From contig JAPEUG010000104.1 in the NCBI GenBank assembly GCA_026025795.1, positions 1 through 45,576 of the forward strand: a stretch of 45,576 nucleotides of DNA, in the 5' to 3' direction. A model generated the notes under the pieces. The model did not search any database. It was not told where the DNA came from and saw only the letters and a program-made list of their open reading frames with translations. Shown here one piece after another: positions 12,052 to 25,513 of this stretch. Source of the stretch: Thelocarpon superellum (lineage: Eukaryota). The number at the start of each line of letters is the position of its first letter. Position 1 is the stretch's first letter. The translations under genes were made by a program, and so were the position numbers.

Positions 12052-14642
12052 CTACCCCACATGGAACACGCCCTTCTCACCCTCCACCCGATCCGCAAGC
12101 GACTGGACATTGATGACCTCACCCGTGAGCACGGCACGTTCAAGCTCCTTGCGCTTGACGGGACAATCAGCAAGGTACATGTTATTGCACGGGCCGGTGA
12201 AGAAGGAGTGGCCGATGCACGACAGGCCGTAGATGTCGGTGCAGAGCACGGAGAGGAGCAGGCCCGTCGTCGTGCTGATGAGCTGCAGCGAGTTGAGAGA
12301 CGTGGCGAGCGGTAGTGTTATGAGGATCACGGCCACCGCGAACCGCACCATCAGCCGGTGCCGCTTCCGGATTCGCGCGCCAGGGATGTCTTTGTGGATG
12401 TGCGAGGCGGAGATTAGGCCTGACGGAAGGGAATCGATAGTCAGTTTGAAGACGACGACGACGACGACGACGGTGGTGGTAATCATGAGAAGAGGGGGTA
12501 AAGATTATAGGGGAAAAGGGGAGGGGGAGGAGAGGAGAGACGTGGTGGAAACCATACCCATACACGCGAGAGCAAGGCCGAGTCCGGCGCAATAGTACCA
12601 TCGTAGCCCGGCCCCTACCACCGCGACGGATATGGGGAGGTAATCCTCGCTGAGAGAGTCGACGTTCGCGTCGCTGCAGTCGTGCGCTACCACCAGTCGA
12701 GACAGCGCGGCTGCTGAGATGGTGAAGCTCATGATGAAGGGCAGGTGGCCCGTGATCCAGACCATGGCTTCACTTGACTTTCAGTCTGTGTGCTGAGGGT
12801 ACCACTGGGACTCTGGGATGGGGGAGGTGTGGAAGGTCTTACATGAGAATACATGTCGTCGAATCGCGTGCTTGAAGAGCTCGTTGTCGTCAATGTCAAA
12901 GTAGAGCCAGTTGAAGATGAACGCCTGCACCAGGCCTAGGATCGCTTTGCCGAAGAACCTGCTCCACGTTAGATCGTCCACCTGCCGACCCCTCCACGCT
13001 CCACGCTCCACGCTCACGCTACTCACGCGTTGAGTCCCACCGTCGCTCGATTTTGGTAGATGAGAGCAACGACAGAGTAGCCAAACACCAAGGTGACAAA
13101 GGCACCCGTTCGCTGAGCTGTCCATTGATCAGCGTTGTCGTTCAACTCATTCGTGCTCCAGGCCATTCATCACATACTCTTATGCTCGATATTGACCGCT
13201 TCACCACCTTAGCGGACCATCTCATGTTCCTTGACTCCTGGGACTCACCAGGATAAAATTCAAACAGCTTTTGGACGCGCTGTCGTAGTCCTTCCGGGAA
13301 CCACTTTGGTCCACGCATGCACCAGATCATGACCACCGGCCCAAAGTGATCTGCCCTCTCGTCAGCCCATCATCAGCTCCTGCGGCACCTCCGGCGACCT
13401 ACCCAGAATAATCGCAACCCAAATGAGCCCTTGTCGACGTGGGTCCTCCACGTAGATGCTCGCAATCCAAAGTGAGGACGGGATGATCACGGCTACGGCG
13501 CTACCGATGAGAGCCGCTCTCAAGATGGGGACCACAAACGAGACGCCGATGTAGTACATGGCCTCAAACAGGCGTGCGGCGAGCTATGACAGTCAGCTTG
13601 AGCAAGAACAGCTGCCGCGTGAAGGACGTACGTAAAAGGCAATCAGTTGCGGGTAAGTTTGGTTCGGAGACTCGACGATGTTCGAGGTGTATCCAAAGAG
13701 ACAGCCCATGATGAATAGCACGCAAATTCGTTGGAGGATGTCGTCTGCAATCCCATCAGCGACACCAGCTTTCAAGATGGACCTGCTCGACACACTTACC
13801 CGTCTCAAACCAGCTGATGACCAAGGTCAGATCGGTCCAGATCTTCCAGCTAAGGATGAATGTGACGGCAAATCTCAACAAAGACTCGCCATCCGGATCG
13901 ACCACGGCTGCATCGCCAATGATGGCTAGCAGCCCGACGTAGAGCAAGTCGACGAAGAGTTCAAACGACGCCACCTCTTCCGCCGTGGACGCCCGCCAGA
14001 TCAAGCCCTTGTGGTGATACTGTCGCACCACAGGCTTTTTGTAGAATTTGATCCCCTGTCCGTTGTTCCGCTCCGCGTCCCAGTCATGAACGTGGTCAGA
14101 TGATCCGTCGCCCGTCATAGAACTGCCGGAGGACATGGGCTCCGACGTCGCTCCTGCGTCAGAGATCATCAGCCACGAATTCGACCGCACATGGTTCAGA
14201 TGACTCACGAAGATGCGCGCTGTAGCCATATTTGGAGAAGTTGGCGTCGAGGGAGATGTCATGTTCGCTATGGAGCGAGATCTCCGCGGCCAGGTCATCC
14301 AGCTGGTGATGGATTTTCTCGAATTCTTCGTACATCTCCGCATGCTTGGCTCGCAGCTGGTCTCGAGCCCGCTCATGGTGGCTATGCGTCGTTCGCAACG
14401 CTTCGAGCTACCCATGCGGCGCGTCAGCACACGGTCTTGCTCGCGTCTAGGGCCATGCAACGAACATGCTCGGGAGAACCTTGGATGTGGACGTCAAAAG
14501 GCTCGTCGTTCTTCAGCGCTTCCAGTCGGCGCTTCAGCGAATCGGCCTCCTGATGCGATAGCGCTATATGGATCTTGCGACCATCGGGATGAAGGAAGTG
14601 CCTCAGTCGCTGTCGAGTTCGGTGAGGAGGCGTGGCAGACAT
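12052..14642 (-). CDS. Low temperature requirement A (LtrA)-family integral membrane protein, multi-exon
   Basis: N-terminus MSATPPHRTRQRLRHFLHPDGRKIHIAL, then PVVRQYHHKGLIWRAST..VASFELFVDLLYVGLLAIIG, LSWKIWTDL, ILGLVQAFIFNWLYFDID, HLPFIMSF and LRWYYCAGLGLALACMG. Several hydrophobic segments are split over ~10 exons. Stop TAG at 12052-12054. Confidence 0.85.
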
Positions 14643-15671
14643 GGTGGATCTAAGGGGTGGAAAACTCTCGAGAAGGAGGAATACGTCTTCAGGTTCACGG
14701 GGACCGCATCACTCAAGCACGCCCTTTTCTGTCCTGTCAGAGAGCGTTTGGTGTGGCGATTCTACTGGTGGCAATGCAGGAGGGACTCATACTTGTAGAG
14801 TGCGTTCCCTTCCTGCGGATGCGACAGAGGGCTGATGCATCGGTGTTTAAGCTCTCCGTCCCGACGACTTGGCGGGAAGAGTGCCAACGCGTACACCAAG
14901 TCAGCCCATTTCAGCCACTTGAACTTTGTTCATCGACATTCTAAGATGCACCCCTCCTCTCGCCGCTTGACCCCAGCAGCGAGACTGGACAAGGACGCGC
15001 GGGAGACTTCAAGAAAGCTGGTCTCCTCGTGAAGCACAAGACCAACTCTCTACTGACTGCTGCACTTCACCATTCATCTACATCCCGGACGTGCGTGCAC
15101 GATCCGGTCCGACGCGAGCTCCGTGAGCTTCCTGCTACCTCGAGGTATCTTTCAACTAGCCCTCGTCTGCTGCCGCCCGGTCCAGGTTGCAATGCTGTCG
15201 ACGATCGCGTAATCGGACCGCGGGATCTGATTTGTCGTAGGCAGCTTCTCTTGTGCACTTGCATTAGTCAGTTCCGGATCTCGAATGGCGCCACGCCATC
15301 TACTCGTGACTCTGCCTGTTGGTTGCTGCGAAAGCGCGGGTCTACGTGCCCCGTACGATACTCGGTCTGCGCATGGTAGGCTTAAGGTATCCTGGCATGC
15401 AACTGCTACAACTATGTTACTTAGCCTCTCGGTGTCCAGTGCGGATGACGAGCGAGTTCATGAGAACGCATCTCGGTACTTTTGGTAAGCAATGTATCAC
15501 CGCATCGCAAATGGACACAGGATGATGACAAGAAGGAGACTTCTGGACAGACTGACATGCCAGGGTGCGATGTTTGTCGAACCTTGTCAGCAGCCTAGAC
15601 CCTCGAAGAAGGCTGTGGAAGATGGAAGTATCAGGCGGAAGACCGATGGAAGTCATTTGCAATTGGTATGG

Positions 15672-15755
15672 ATCTGTAGTGAAGCAGAATCTGTAGTGAA
15701 GCAGAATCTGTAGTGAAGCAGAATCTGTAGTGAAGCAGAATCTGTAGTGAAGCAG
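15672..15755. repeat. Perfect 17-bp minisatellite (ATCTGTAGTGAAGCAGA) x 5
   Basis: Four exact copies plus a fifth of 16/17 nt, with no spacers. Confidence 0.95.
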
Positions 15756-16195
15756 GACTCCGGACATCTTGTGAACAGGGCAGTGACCTTCCCAACGTAC
15801 GCCCAATGGTACGCATACAAGACGAGGAGACTGTATGAAGGTCCCCAGTCGTTCTTACGCCGACTTAGTAGCGCACGATGAAACCGCCAAAGACAGTTTC
15901 CACCCGTCCAAAAGGTCACCGGTTATTGCGCAGGTTCTTACGATCCCTCCAAAGACCTGGTTTGAAGTCGAGGCCGGCCGTCACTGTGCTCACGGCGGAC
16001 GGAAATATTCTCCTGATTGTGTTACAAATACATCCGGCGAGATGCAACCAGATGAAGGCCACATCCAGCACCCTCCGCACAGATGCCCATTCTCGACACC
16101 GATGGAAGACATGCGCCTTGGTAACGACGGCAGATCCATCCCGCTCCACCCCGTCCCGTGCCAGAGCTCGTGACCCACGGCCAGCCCCATGTCCG

Positions 16196-17220
<1,025 letters not shown>

Positions 17221-17841
17221 GACCACAACCACCCGCCGACAAACGACACGCCCGTCTCGAGAAGTTGGCGAAGTCGACGGATTGATGAGAAAGGGGGTGC
17301 AGGAGGAGCAGCCGGATGAGGCGGGGAGCGACGGAGGGGAGGGAGGGGAGAGAGGGCGGAGGGCGTTGAGGTCCGAACTTGTTTAGCTTTAGCCGTTGAC
17401 GCTCGGCTCGGTCCTGTGGTGCTTGCTTGCTCTCTCGGTCGTCCGGCCGGCTCAGCGAATCAGAATGATTCGTCGCTCTGTCGTGTAGCTAACTCAAGTG
17501 GGACGACGCGCATGTGATGTCGATGCGAATTTACTTCACAGAAAGTGATCGCTATATAGATGAAATGCTGATGGACCTTTCGCCGGGTGAACAAGATCAC
17601 TGTTGATAGTGCTTTCGCTGCTCTCTCGTGGGCGTCTTTCGCAGTGGCCGAGAAGACGAGGTCGTCACGTGCGACGGTCCACACGATCAAGCGCTAGTCG
17701 CCATCTGATTCGTTAGCGGGAAGCTGCGGCAGTCGACGTAAGAAGGCCGGGCGAGGTGAAGGTACATGTCGTGAAGAGCGGCACCCCTGGACATCTCCCA
17801 TCTTCCTCTCTCCAAGCGTCACGTCGGGTGAGGCATTCAAG

Positions 17842-19070
17842 ATGCCTGCGACTACCGCCGAGACCCTCTCCTTGGTGACGAGGAACGTCTCCGTCGCGCC
17901 TCTGGTCCTCCTGTCCGCCGCCGACCACTATGGCCGGACAGCCAAAGGAACACGAAAGCGGGTGGTCGGCGTGCTCCTGGGGCAAAATGATGGCAAGAAC
18001 GTGCGGGTATCGAACAGTTTTGCAGGTGCGTAGCCTTCTCATCCCGCTTGGTGCTGGAGGGTACGAGAGGAGAGCTGACCGGGGCCCGACAGTGCCGTTC
18101 GAGGAGGAAGAGAAAGACCCGTCGGTGTGGTTCTTAGACCACAACTACGTGGAATCGATGAACGACATGTTCAAGAAAGTCAACGCACGCGAGAAGCTGA
18201 TCGGCTGGTATCACTCCGGACCAAAGCTACGTGCCTCCGATCTCGAGATCAACGAGCTCTTCAAGCGATATACCCCCAACCCTCTTCTCGTTATCATCGA
18301 TGTCCAACCCAAGGAGGTGGGAGTACCCACGGATGCCTACTTTGCGGTTGAGGAAATCAAAGACGTGAGTGGGCAGTCGAGAGTGGCTACGCGCAATGAC
18401 GGCGGACGAAGCTGACGCAGAGCAGGACGGGACGACGACGACCAAGACCTTCGTACACACGCCTTCCATCATCGAAGCCGAAGAAGCCGAAGAGATTGGG
18501 GTAGAGCACTTGTTACGAGACATCCGCGATGTCGCCGTCGGCACGCTGTCGACGCGCATCACCTCTCAGCTCCAGTCGCTCCAAGGCCTCCACCTGCGCC
18601 TCCGAGACATCGGGCAATACCTCCAGAAGGTGCTCGACCGCGAGCTGCCCGTCAACCACGCCATTCTCGGCAACCTCCAGGACGTCTTCAATCTCCTCCC
18701 GAATCTCTCCACCCCCAAAGCCTCCGCCCACGCACCGAACGGCGCCGACGCCGCGCAGACGGACGACACTGAGCTCGCGCGTGCCATGAGCATCAAGACC
18801 AACGACCAGCTGATGACCATCTACCTCAGCAGCCTGATCCGAGCCATCACCGCCTTCCACGATCTGATTGAGAACAAAATCCAGAACAAACAGCAGCAGC
18901 AGGAGAAGGATGCCAAGAAGGAGGAGAGCAGAGAGGGCAAGGACGCCAAGGACGCCAAGAAGGCGAACGGTGTGGTGAACGGCGAGGTCAAGGACGGCAA
19001 GGAGGACGAGCGAGAAAAGGAGCCGGAGCGAGAGAAAGAGAGAGAGAAGGGGGGGAAGAAGAAGGGCTGA
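17842..19070 (+). CDS. RPN8: 26S proteasome lid subunit Rpn8 (MPN domain), 3 exons
   Basis: [65 protein letters not shown] and a charged C-terminal tail. Introns 18026-18092 and 18365-18425. Confidence 0.97.
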
Positions 19071-19392
19071 GCGCAGTACTACGCTGCGCATCACTCCGGC
19101 ATCTCCAGATTCAATCGATCTGAAGCTCCATCGTGTACGGACATCCCTAGATGCCTCTTCTGCACGTACGGGCCTGTATCATAGGGACACTCAGCTTCAA
19201 TTCAAATTCTCACAATGGTACAATTGACGAGCGCGGGCCCTGACCCCAAGCGCTTGTTCCATCCAAGGTCATGCCTGCCCCAAGTCTCCTGCGCTTCCCC
19301 AGGACGGAGCACAAAGTACTTCGTCCTTTACTTCTCTCTGCCATCCTTCCCGACGTGGCTTGATTCTACATCTCGCAGCTAGATATAGGCCT

Positions 19393-20007
19393 TCACCCGC
19401 CCCATCCTGTCGCCCAGCCAGCCAGCTCCTCGCGTGTAGCCTCCAGCTCCGAGATCTGGTGCTCGAGCAGACCGCCGCACTTCTCGGTCAGGAGACATGC
19501 GAGGAGGTGTTTACATACGGGAGGCACGCCATCGCCCGTGGTCATGCCGCCCACGCCAGAGGCCACCCTTTCGCGAGGGTCTGCTGCGGCTTTTGAATCG
19601 GCGGAGACCTCGGCGGAGCCGGCGCCAAAGACTGCAAAGGTGAATGCAGGGCAGGTGCAGTTCCAGCTGGTCAGACGGACTTCGTAGCTTGTCCGCGCCC
19701 CGCTCTGAAATCGGGAGCGCGACGGTGGCTGCGATGAACGCACGTAGTACACGCTGTTGCTCCCCGGATCGCCGCCCCGCAGCGCTTCGGGGAGCAGGAG
19801 ACGAGTCACCAGCCGCCTGTCCAGCAGATCCAGCGCGGGCAGCAGCTCGTTGGGGAAGATGCAGTGCAATGTGACAAAGAGCTTTTGATGGCGCGGCGCG
19901 AGATGCTGGAGCGGGTTGATGGCATCGGGGCCCGCAGGTGCCTCGTGCGGCAGCTGGGCTAGGAGCGCAGCGAGGAGGTCTCGCGGTGATGGAAGAGAAT
20001 CTGACAT
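19393..20007 (-). CDS. SWIM zinc-finger protein, Sws1/ZSWIM7-like (Shu complex), single exon, 204 aa
   Basis: LHCIFPNELLPALDLLDRRLV and YYVRS, plus SWIM motif WNCTCPAF...VCKHLLA (CxC..CxH). Confidence 0.8.
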   Translation of the reverse strand: MSDSLPSPRDLLAALLAQLPHEAPAGPDAINPLQHLAPRHQKLFVTLHCIFPNELLPALDLLDRRLVTRLLLPEALRGGDPGSNSVYYVRSSQPPSRSRFQSGARTSYEVRLTSWNCTCPAFTFAVFGAGSAEVSADSKAAADPRERVASGVGGMTTGDGVPPVCKHLLACLLTEKCGGLLEHQISELEATREELAGWATGWGG

Positions 20008-22089
20008 GCGCCGACGCGTGTGAGGAGGTCCGTGAGGGCTGGGCCCAATGCCGGAATGCTTTGCCCACAGGGGCCGATCAGAGATGGTGGCGGGCGATAT
20101 GCCGCGCGTTGTGAACGGCGCGGGACATGTGAAGAAGCATCAAGCTCGGAATTTGGTCCGTAGATGGACTCTTTTGAGGAGCTGTCAACAGTGTGACCGG
20201 TCACCCGCGGAGACACCTCCAGAAGATCTCCGAATCACCACTATTTTCCCACATCCCTAACCCCGCACGCGCTATTGACGCGGAGTGAAAGTCAAGCGGG
20301 GGTCAAGTATGGAAAGCTAGGTGTGTCAGATCGGAGTATGAGGAGATCCGGGGGAAGGCTCCCACCAGAACAACGGGGACCTGCTGACCACTCGTGCCCG
20401 GACCGGCACAGGTGAGAGATGCCGGCTCCGTGCACTGCATGTAGATCAGGCGGGACGGGGTACGGTCGAAGGAGCAATCAGATCGTGGGGAAGCAGGGAG
20501 CAGATCGCGGGGCGGCGACAACGCATGAATGGTCGTGGGTCTGGTCTCGGCGAACTATCGCTCCCCCCGGCGCGCGTTTCTCTATCAGGTGACAAGTCCG
20601 ACCCTCCCCGCTGTGGACGGGCCTGCGGGAAGACGTTCCCACCCATACCAATGGACGACCTTGCTTGTGCAAATCGCGATTTTAGGAACCGCTACTACAG
20701 CAAGATGTCCGTGTCGAGAGTGTCTAGAGTAATTCGAGTGCGCGGCTACCAATTCCCATGATCCTTGAATGTGCGATTAAAGAGATTATTCATACTGTGA
20801 TCAGGGTGTGCTCGAGTATACCGAGGCACAGCACGGCCAATAAACGAGCAAAGTCCGGCTGTCATTTGGACCAGAAGTGCCGTCAGTGTCCCTAGCGGGT
20901 GAGGAGCCCTCCACAGTGATTGGACGCTGAGCTGGCCCTTTTTGCATCCTCCACCACCAAGCACACCCGTACCTGAGCGACTGGTCAAGCTTGGTCAGGT
21001 AAACGCCACGACCATGGGAGCCTACCAGGCATGGTCTGTGCCTCGTGTGATGCCTCCTCTTCCCCAGATCCACTCGGAGTTGCTGCACCACCTTAGACTG
21101 GACCCAAACCTTCCGCACAACCTTGTCGTAACGTTGGCCGATGCTCCTCGCCACCAACCACTCACGCTGGTCTCGTGCATCGTCTCCGCTCCGGGCCTGC
21201 ATTGGACCATGTCGTGCATGTCCTGCTAGCTATCCTGGTTGGTAGTAGCCACGACCATCCCCCGCCGCCGACCTCGTGTGGTGTGGAGGAATACGAGCGG
21301 TAGTCGCCCGCGGCTATCATAGCCTATCTCGTTCGCTGACCCGCCCTCTACATCGACCACATGTGGAAAGTCGTCCCACGTCTTGCATCCTTTCTCGAGC
21401 CACTGACAGTGGCTTTGCACCCGGGTCCAATTTAGCATGTCTAAATGACCTTCGTCCTCACGCTCGAGCACCTATCGCGGCCACTCGCTTCCGTCCGGCC
21501 CTGGTCCGGGAGCCGGTTGCCGGCAAGCGGGGTCCGTTCCTCGTCGAGGACCGCCATTGCCTGGCCGCAAGCTCCCTCAAACCACACATTCCCATCTCGG
21601 CCCGTTGACCGTGATAGGTCATGGCGTGGTGTTTCGGCGGCCGATGCTCCGCTCAGATGGCCGTTAGCTGCCACGAGGAGGGCTCGTCAATCTAGCTCAG
21701 ATGAGCCGTGTGCGTGTGCCCCGAACCAGAGGTGGAGTACGGCTCGTGCTCTGAGACTGGCTCCGAGCTGCAGCCTTGAGCAGGAAATGTCCCAGCTCCC
21801 ATCGCAGCTGGCGGAGGGGTTCGTCCGCACAGATCAACACCGTTGGTCCGATGGAAGAGCGGAGTTTTCCCGCTCTATTTAGTCCCCCATATGGCCCACC
21901 CTATGCGTCTGATTGACGCCGGGCCATACCTCTTGAGCTACATTGACTCCTTGAGTCTGTACAACCGCTGCCAAGCAGGAGCAAAGAGATCTTGTGCTGA
22001 GCTCCGATACCTTCCTCGGGCATTGCTATTGAGTCTTGGCTCTTTCCTCCAGCTATCTGCTGTACATCTATTTCACTGAGCTTTTCAAG

Positions 22090-23161
22090 ATGAAGGGTGC
22101 CCTGGCTGGTCTAGCACTCTTGGCGAGCATGGCGATTGCCGTGCCAGTCGACATTGAGTCGAGAAGTCAGTGAATCCCTGCCACCTTTGCCATAATCGCT
22201 GCTGACCTTGTCACGCAGGCATCGCGGACGATGTCTTCAGCAAGCTAGTGCTCTACTCGCAGTGGTCAGCGGCGGCATACTGCATGAATAATAATGATGC
22301 CCCGGGCAACAAGGTCACTTGCCCCGTGGGCAACTGTCCGTTGGTTGAGGCTGCAGATACCGTCACTACGACGGACTTCGAGAAGTACGTGCTGAGCTTC
22401 TCCCCAAGACTAGAACGGGCTGACCATGTGCGCAGCACATTAATCACGGACGACACGGGTTTCGTGGCCGTTGACAAGACGGACGAGGTCATCGTGCTTG
22501 CTTTTCGGGGTTCTCAGTCCATTCCCAACTTCATCGACGACGTCGAATTCAATCAGGTGCCGTGGGATCGTTGTGACGGCTGCCTTGTCCATGCTGGCTT
22601 CTGGACCGCGTGGCTTGAGATTCGCTCGACCGTGACGCAAGCCATAGCTAGCGCCGTGGCGCAGAACCCCGATTATCAGGTCATCATCACCGGCCACAGC
22701 CTTGGTGGTGCCATCGCTGCCATTGCCGCCGCGGAGTTTCGTGCCGCTGGGACCCCGGCTACCCTGGTACGTTCAGGGACACAGGGTCGTTACCGTGAGA
22801 TGAGGAATGGTCTAACATTACCCTGCTGCGATAGTACACCTACGGCCAGCCTCGCATCGGCAACATTCCGCTGTCGGACTACATCACCAACCAGGAAGGC
22901 GGGAATTTTCGCGTCACCCACACGGATGACCCCGTTCCTCGTCTGCCACCGATTCTCTCCGACTATGTGCACATCAGCCCCGAGTACCACATCGAGGAAG
23001 GATACGATGACATTACGCCCAACGAGATGACCGTTTATCAAGGCGACATCAACTTCGCTGGCAATACCGGCACAGTGGGACTGAACGTCATCGATCACAT
23101 TCATTACTTTGGTCCCATTGGTGCTTGTGGGCCCATTTGCATCGCCATACCTTGCCCTTGA
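22090..23161 (+). CDS. Secreted class-3 lipase / feruloyl-esterase-like alpha/beta hydrolase, 4 exons
   Basis: Signal peptide MKGALAGLALLASMAIA, then YSQWSAAAYC, IVLAFRGS and VHAGF. Catalytic residues in GHSLGG (Ser), RVTHTDDPVPRLPP (Asp) and HIHYFGPIGAC (His); also YTYGQPRIGN. Introns ~22166-22218, ~22385-22435 and ~22767-22834. Confidence 0.92.
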
Positions 23162-23887
23162 ATCACCCCTGCCCTCGAACTCGCCGCTTCTTATATATAC
23201 ACGTGGCTAAATCCCTCTCTCGATCCCTTGAAGTGCACGTGTTGGTCTCTTCCGTCTCCATATATTTTTCCATATATCTTTTTGAGCATGGATGGATTTG
23301 GATGGCGCGGTCTCATCCTTTCGGACATGCATACCTCAGGATATGCGAATCGGTCGAAGACCTCATTTCCACCATTCCCTAGGAAGGCGTGGGCCTCATG
23401 TGGCGGTATCTGCTGTACATATCACGAATGAATGGACAAGCCACTCTTCCTCCATGGGCACTGTAACGGTAGATTAATGGACGAAAGAGGATATCTCTTA
23501 CAGTCCAGTCTAGCCGCCATCTGATGCCCTCGCTGATCTACGTAAGCTAGGCAACGGTCCCATACAATAACCCCAGATGCACCTCAATGGCAGCCAGCCC
23601 ATCCATCCAAGTAACGCCTCGGCCGCGCGCTATGCAACGAACGGGGCCCGAGGTCAGTCAAAATCACGTCACGTCGCCAGTGCCCCCCTCCACCACCCGC
23701 GCGTCGCTGGGTGGGAGCTTTGCGAGGGGAGTCCACCTGCACGGCTCACGCTCCGCTCTTCCTCCTCCGCGTTTGCTCTCCCCGCCACCGCCTCCGCCTC
23801 AACTCCACGTCTTGGAGCTGGGTCCTGGTTGGAAGATTCCCTCCCTCCCTCCCTCCCTTCCTTGCTCCCATCTCCCTCCCTCCCTCC

Positions 23888-25513
23888 TCAAGCCACCCGC
23901 GTGTACAACAGCACATACGGCGTGAACCCCGGCCGGGATTTCTCGGGCCAAGCAGCCACGTCGGATTCGATAGAGGTGACTCTCTCGTCATCCAGCATCG
24001 ACCACTTGCCGTTCCAGCCCCGCGCGGCGGTGATATAGTGACCGCCGGCGTTGAGGCTGTCGCCGCTCTGGCGCGAGCCGCCACGGGCACCCCGGCGCGG
24101 CTCGGTGATGCGGCCGGCCCGGTGGTTAATGGTGGCCACCAGCCGGTACTTCAACGGCCGCTGCGTGGCCGGGTGGGTGACGTGCGCGCCCAGATCCAGC
24201 CACTGGGTGAAGCGCACGCGACGGTCGTCCTTGCGGGTGCCGCTGCCGCTGGTCGCGAACCGCCGCAGACTCAGGATCAGCACCTCCGGCGCCTCGTGGA
24301 TCGTCGATTGCCGCGTCACTCGCACACGCTTGTGGCAGCCGTCGCACTGGTAGTCGTCGATGTCGTCGCTCATGTGCGCCTTCACGTACTCGTGAAGTGT
24401 CCCCTTCGCGCGGGCCTTGCCTAGCCCGACGCGGATCGAGCGATCCGTGTCGAGGGTGATCGACGGCGCCGTCTTCTTGCACTTGCAATGCAGGAACGAC
24501 CGCAGCTGGATCCCAAAGAGAAGATTCATGACGTCCTTGTTCCGGTACTGGTCCAGGACATCTCGGATCCTGTTGAGCCGACTTAGCTTCAAGGATAGAT
24601 GAGGCGGCGGCCAGGACTCACTCATCCACTCTCAGCGCGATCGCGCCAAGCAAGAAGGTCAAGAACTCGTCTGCGTCTTGCTGCTCAAACTCGCCTCCTG
24701 CGGCCCAGCCCACTACGACGTGGTGAGCGAATGGCCATACGAGGACGATGAAAAGGAACCCACGGTTTTTCAAGGCATTGTAGACCAGGTTGAGCGCCTT
24801 CCGGACCGATACTTGACTTCGGGACTCCGACCAGTAGACGGTATATAGGGTCCGCAAGTGACACAGGATGCAGTTGCGCACGCCGTCGACGCTGCCTATT
24901 ACCGTATCAGTACCGTATCATGTCGAGGAGCTCAAGGCCATCCATCACTCACATCCCTCTGGAAGGTGATCCTGCACCAGCCAGTTGCCGAACTTGGGAA
25001 GGTGAAGGAGACACTGGATGACGCTGTGTCGATAGCATTCTACCCCGCTCGAGTTTGTCATCCCCACGGGTCGGAGACCGGCTCCGAATTCCCATTTGCC
25101 TGAGATGTGGCTGGCCTACGCTGAGGTCAGAGCTGATAAGAGCAGAGTGACGAAAGAAGAGAGCGAATGCGTAGGCGAAAGAGACGGGACCGTCATGGAC
25201 TCACCCTATTCCGACGGCGATTCTGCGCCGGCGTATCACCGTGCAAGGTCTTTGTGCGAGGTCTCAACGTGGCCACCATCTCGTCCTCCTCCGTGAGACG
25301 GGTCGCGGGAACAAATCGGATAGGGTTGGCGAGGATGGCGGCCACAGCAGGGGAGTGCTTCGAAGGGAGGCTTTGTGGGAGGGTCTTCGGAAGAAGAGGC
25401 GGGCGGGACTGGGGAAGAGACTGGGAGTGAGGAGAACCATGCTTCCGTCTGTGAAGAGGAAGGGGGGCCTTTATGTGCTTCCGTCGGGCGTGCTGCGGCT
25501 TCACGATCGCCAT
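23888..25513 (-). CDS. Ubiquitin-specific protease (peptidase C19), divergent, 5 exons
   Basis: Cys box GMTNSSGVECYRHSVIQCLLH, QQDADEFL, zinc-ribbon CKC...CDGC, PEVLILSLRRF, His box GGHYITAAR..WSMLDDERV and PYVLLYTR. The start is inferred at ATG 25513; four GT-AG introns keep the frame. Confidence 0.82.

Noticed and set aside
15672..15755. 17-bp direct repeats as a CRISPR array
   Set aside because: The copies are contiguous with no spacers, there are no cas genes, and the context is eukaryotic.
17221..17841. Rpn4/PACE element in the ADK1-RPN8 bidirectional promoter
   Set aside because: No GGTGGCAAA match was seen, and weaker variants are not distinguishable from background.
20200..22000. 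Telomerase RNA gene (CCCTAACCC possible template at 20255 in a ~2-kb gene-free gap; hairpin AGAGCGG-N7-CCGCTCT at ~21857)
   Set aside because: The candidate template overlaps a stem, and I could not identify a pseudoknot or CR4/5-like domain. A 9-mer is weak evidence. An Infernal search with fungal telomerase RNA models would settle it.
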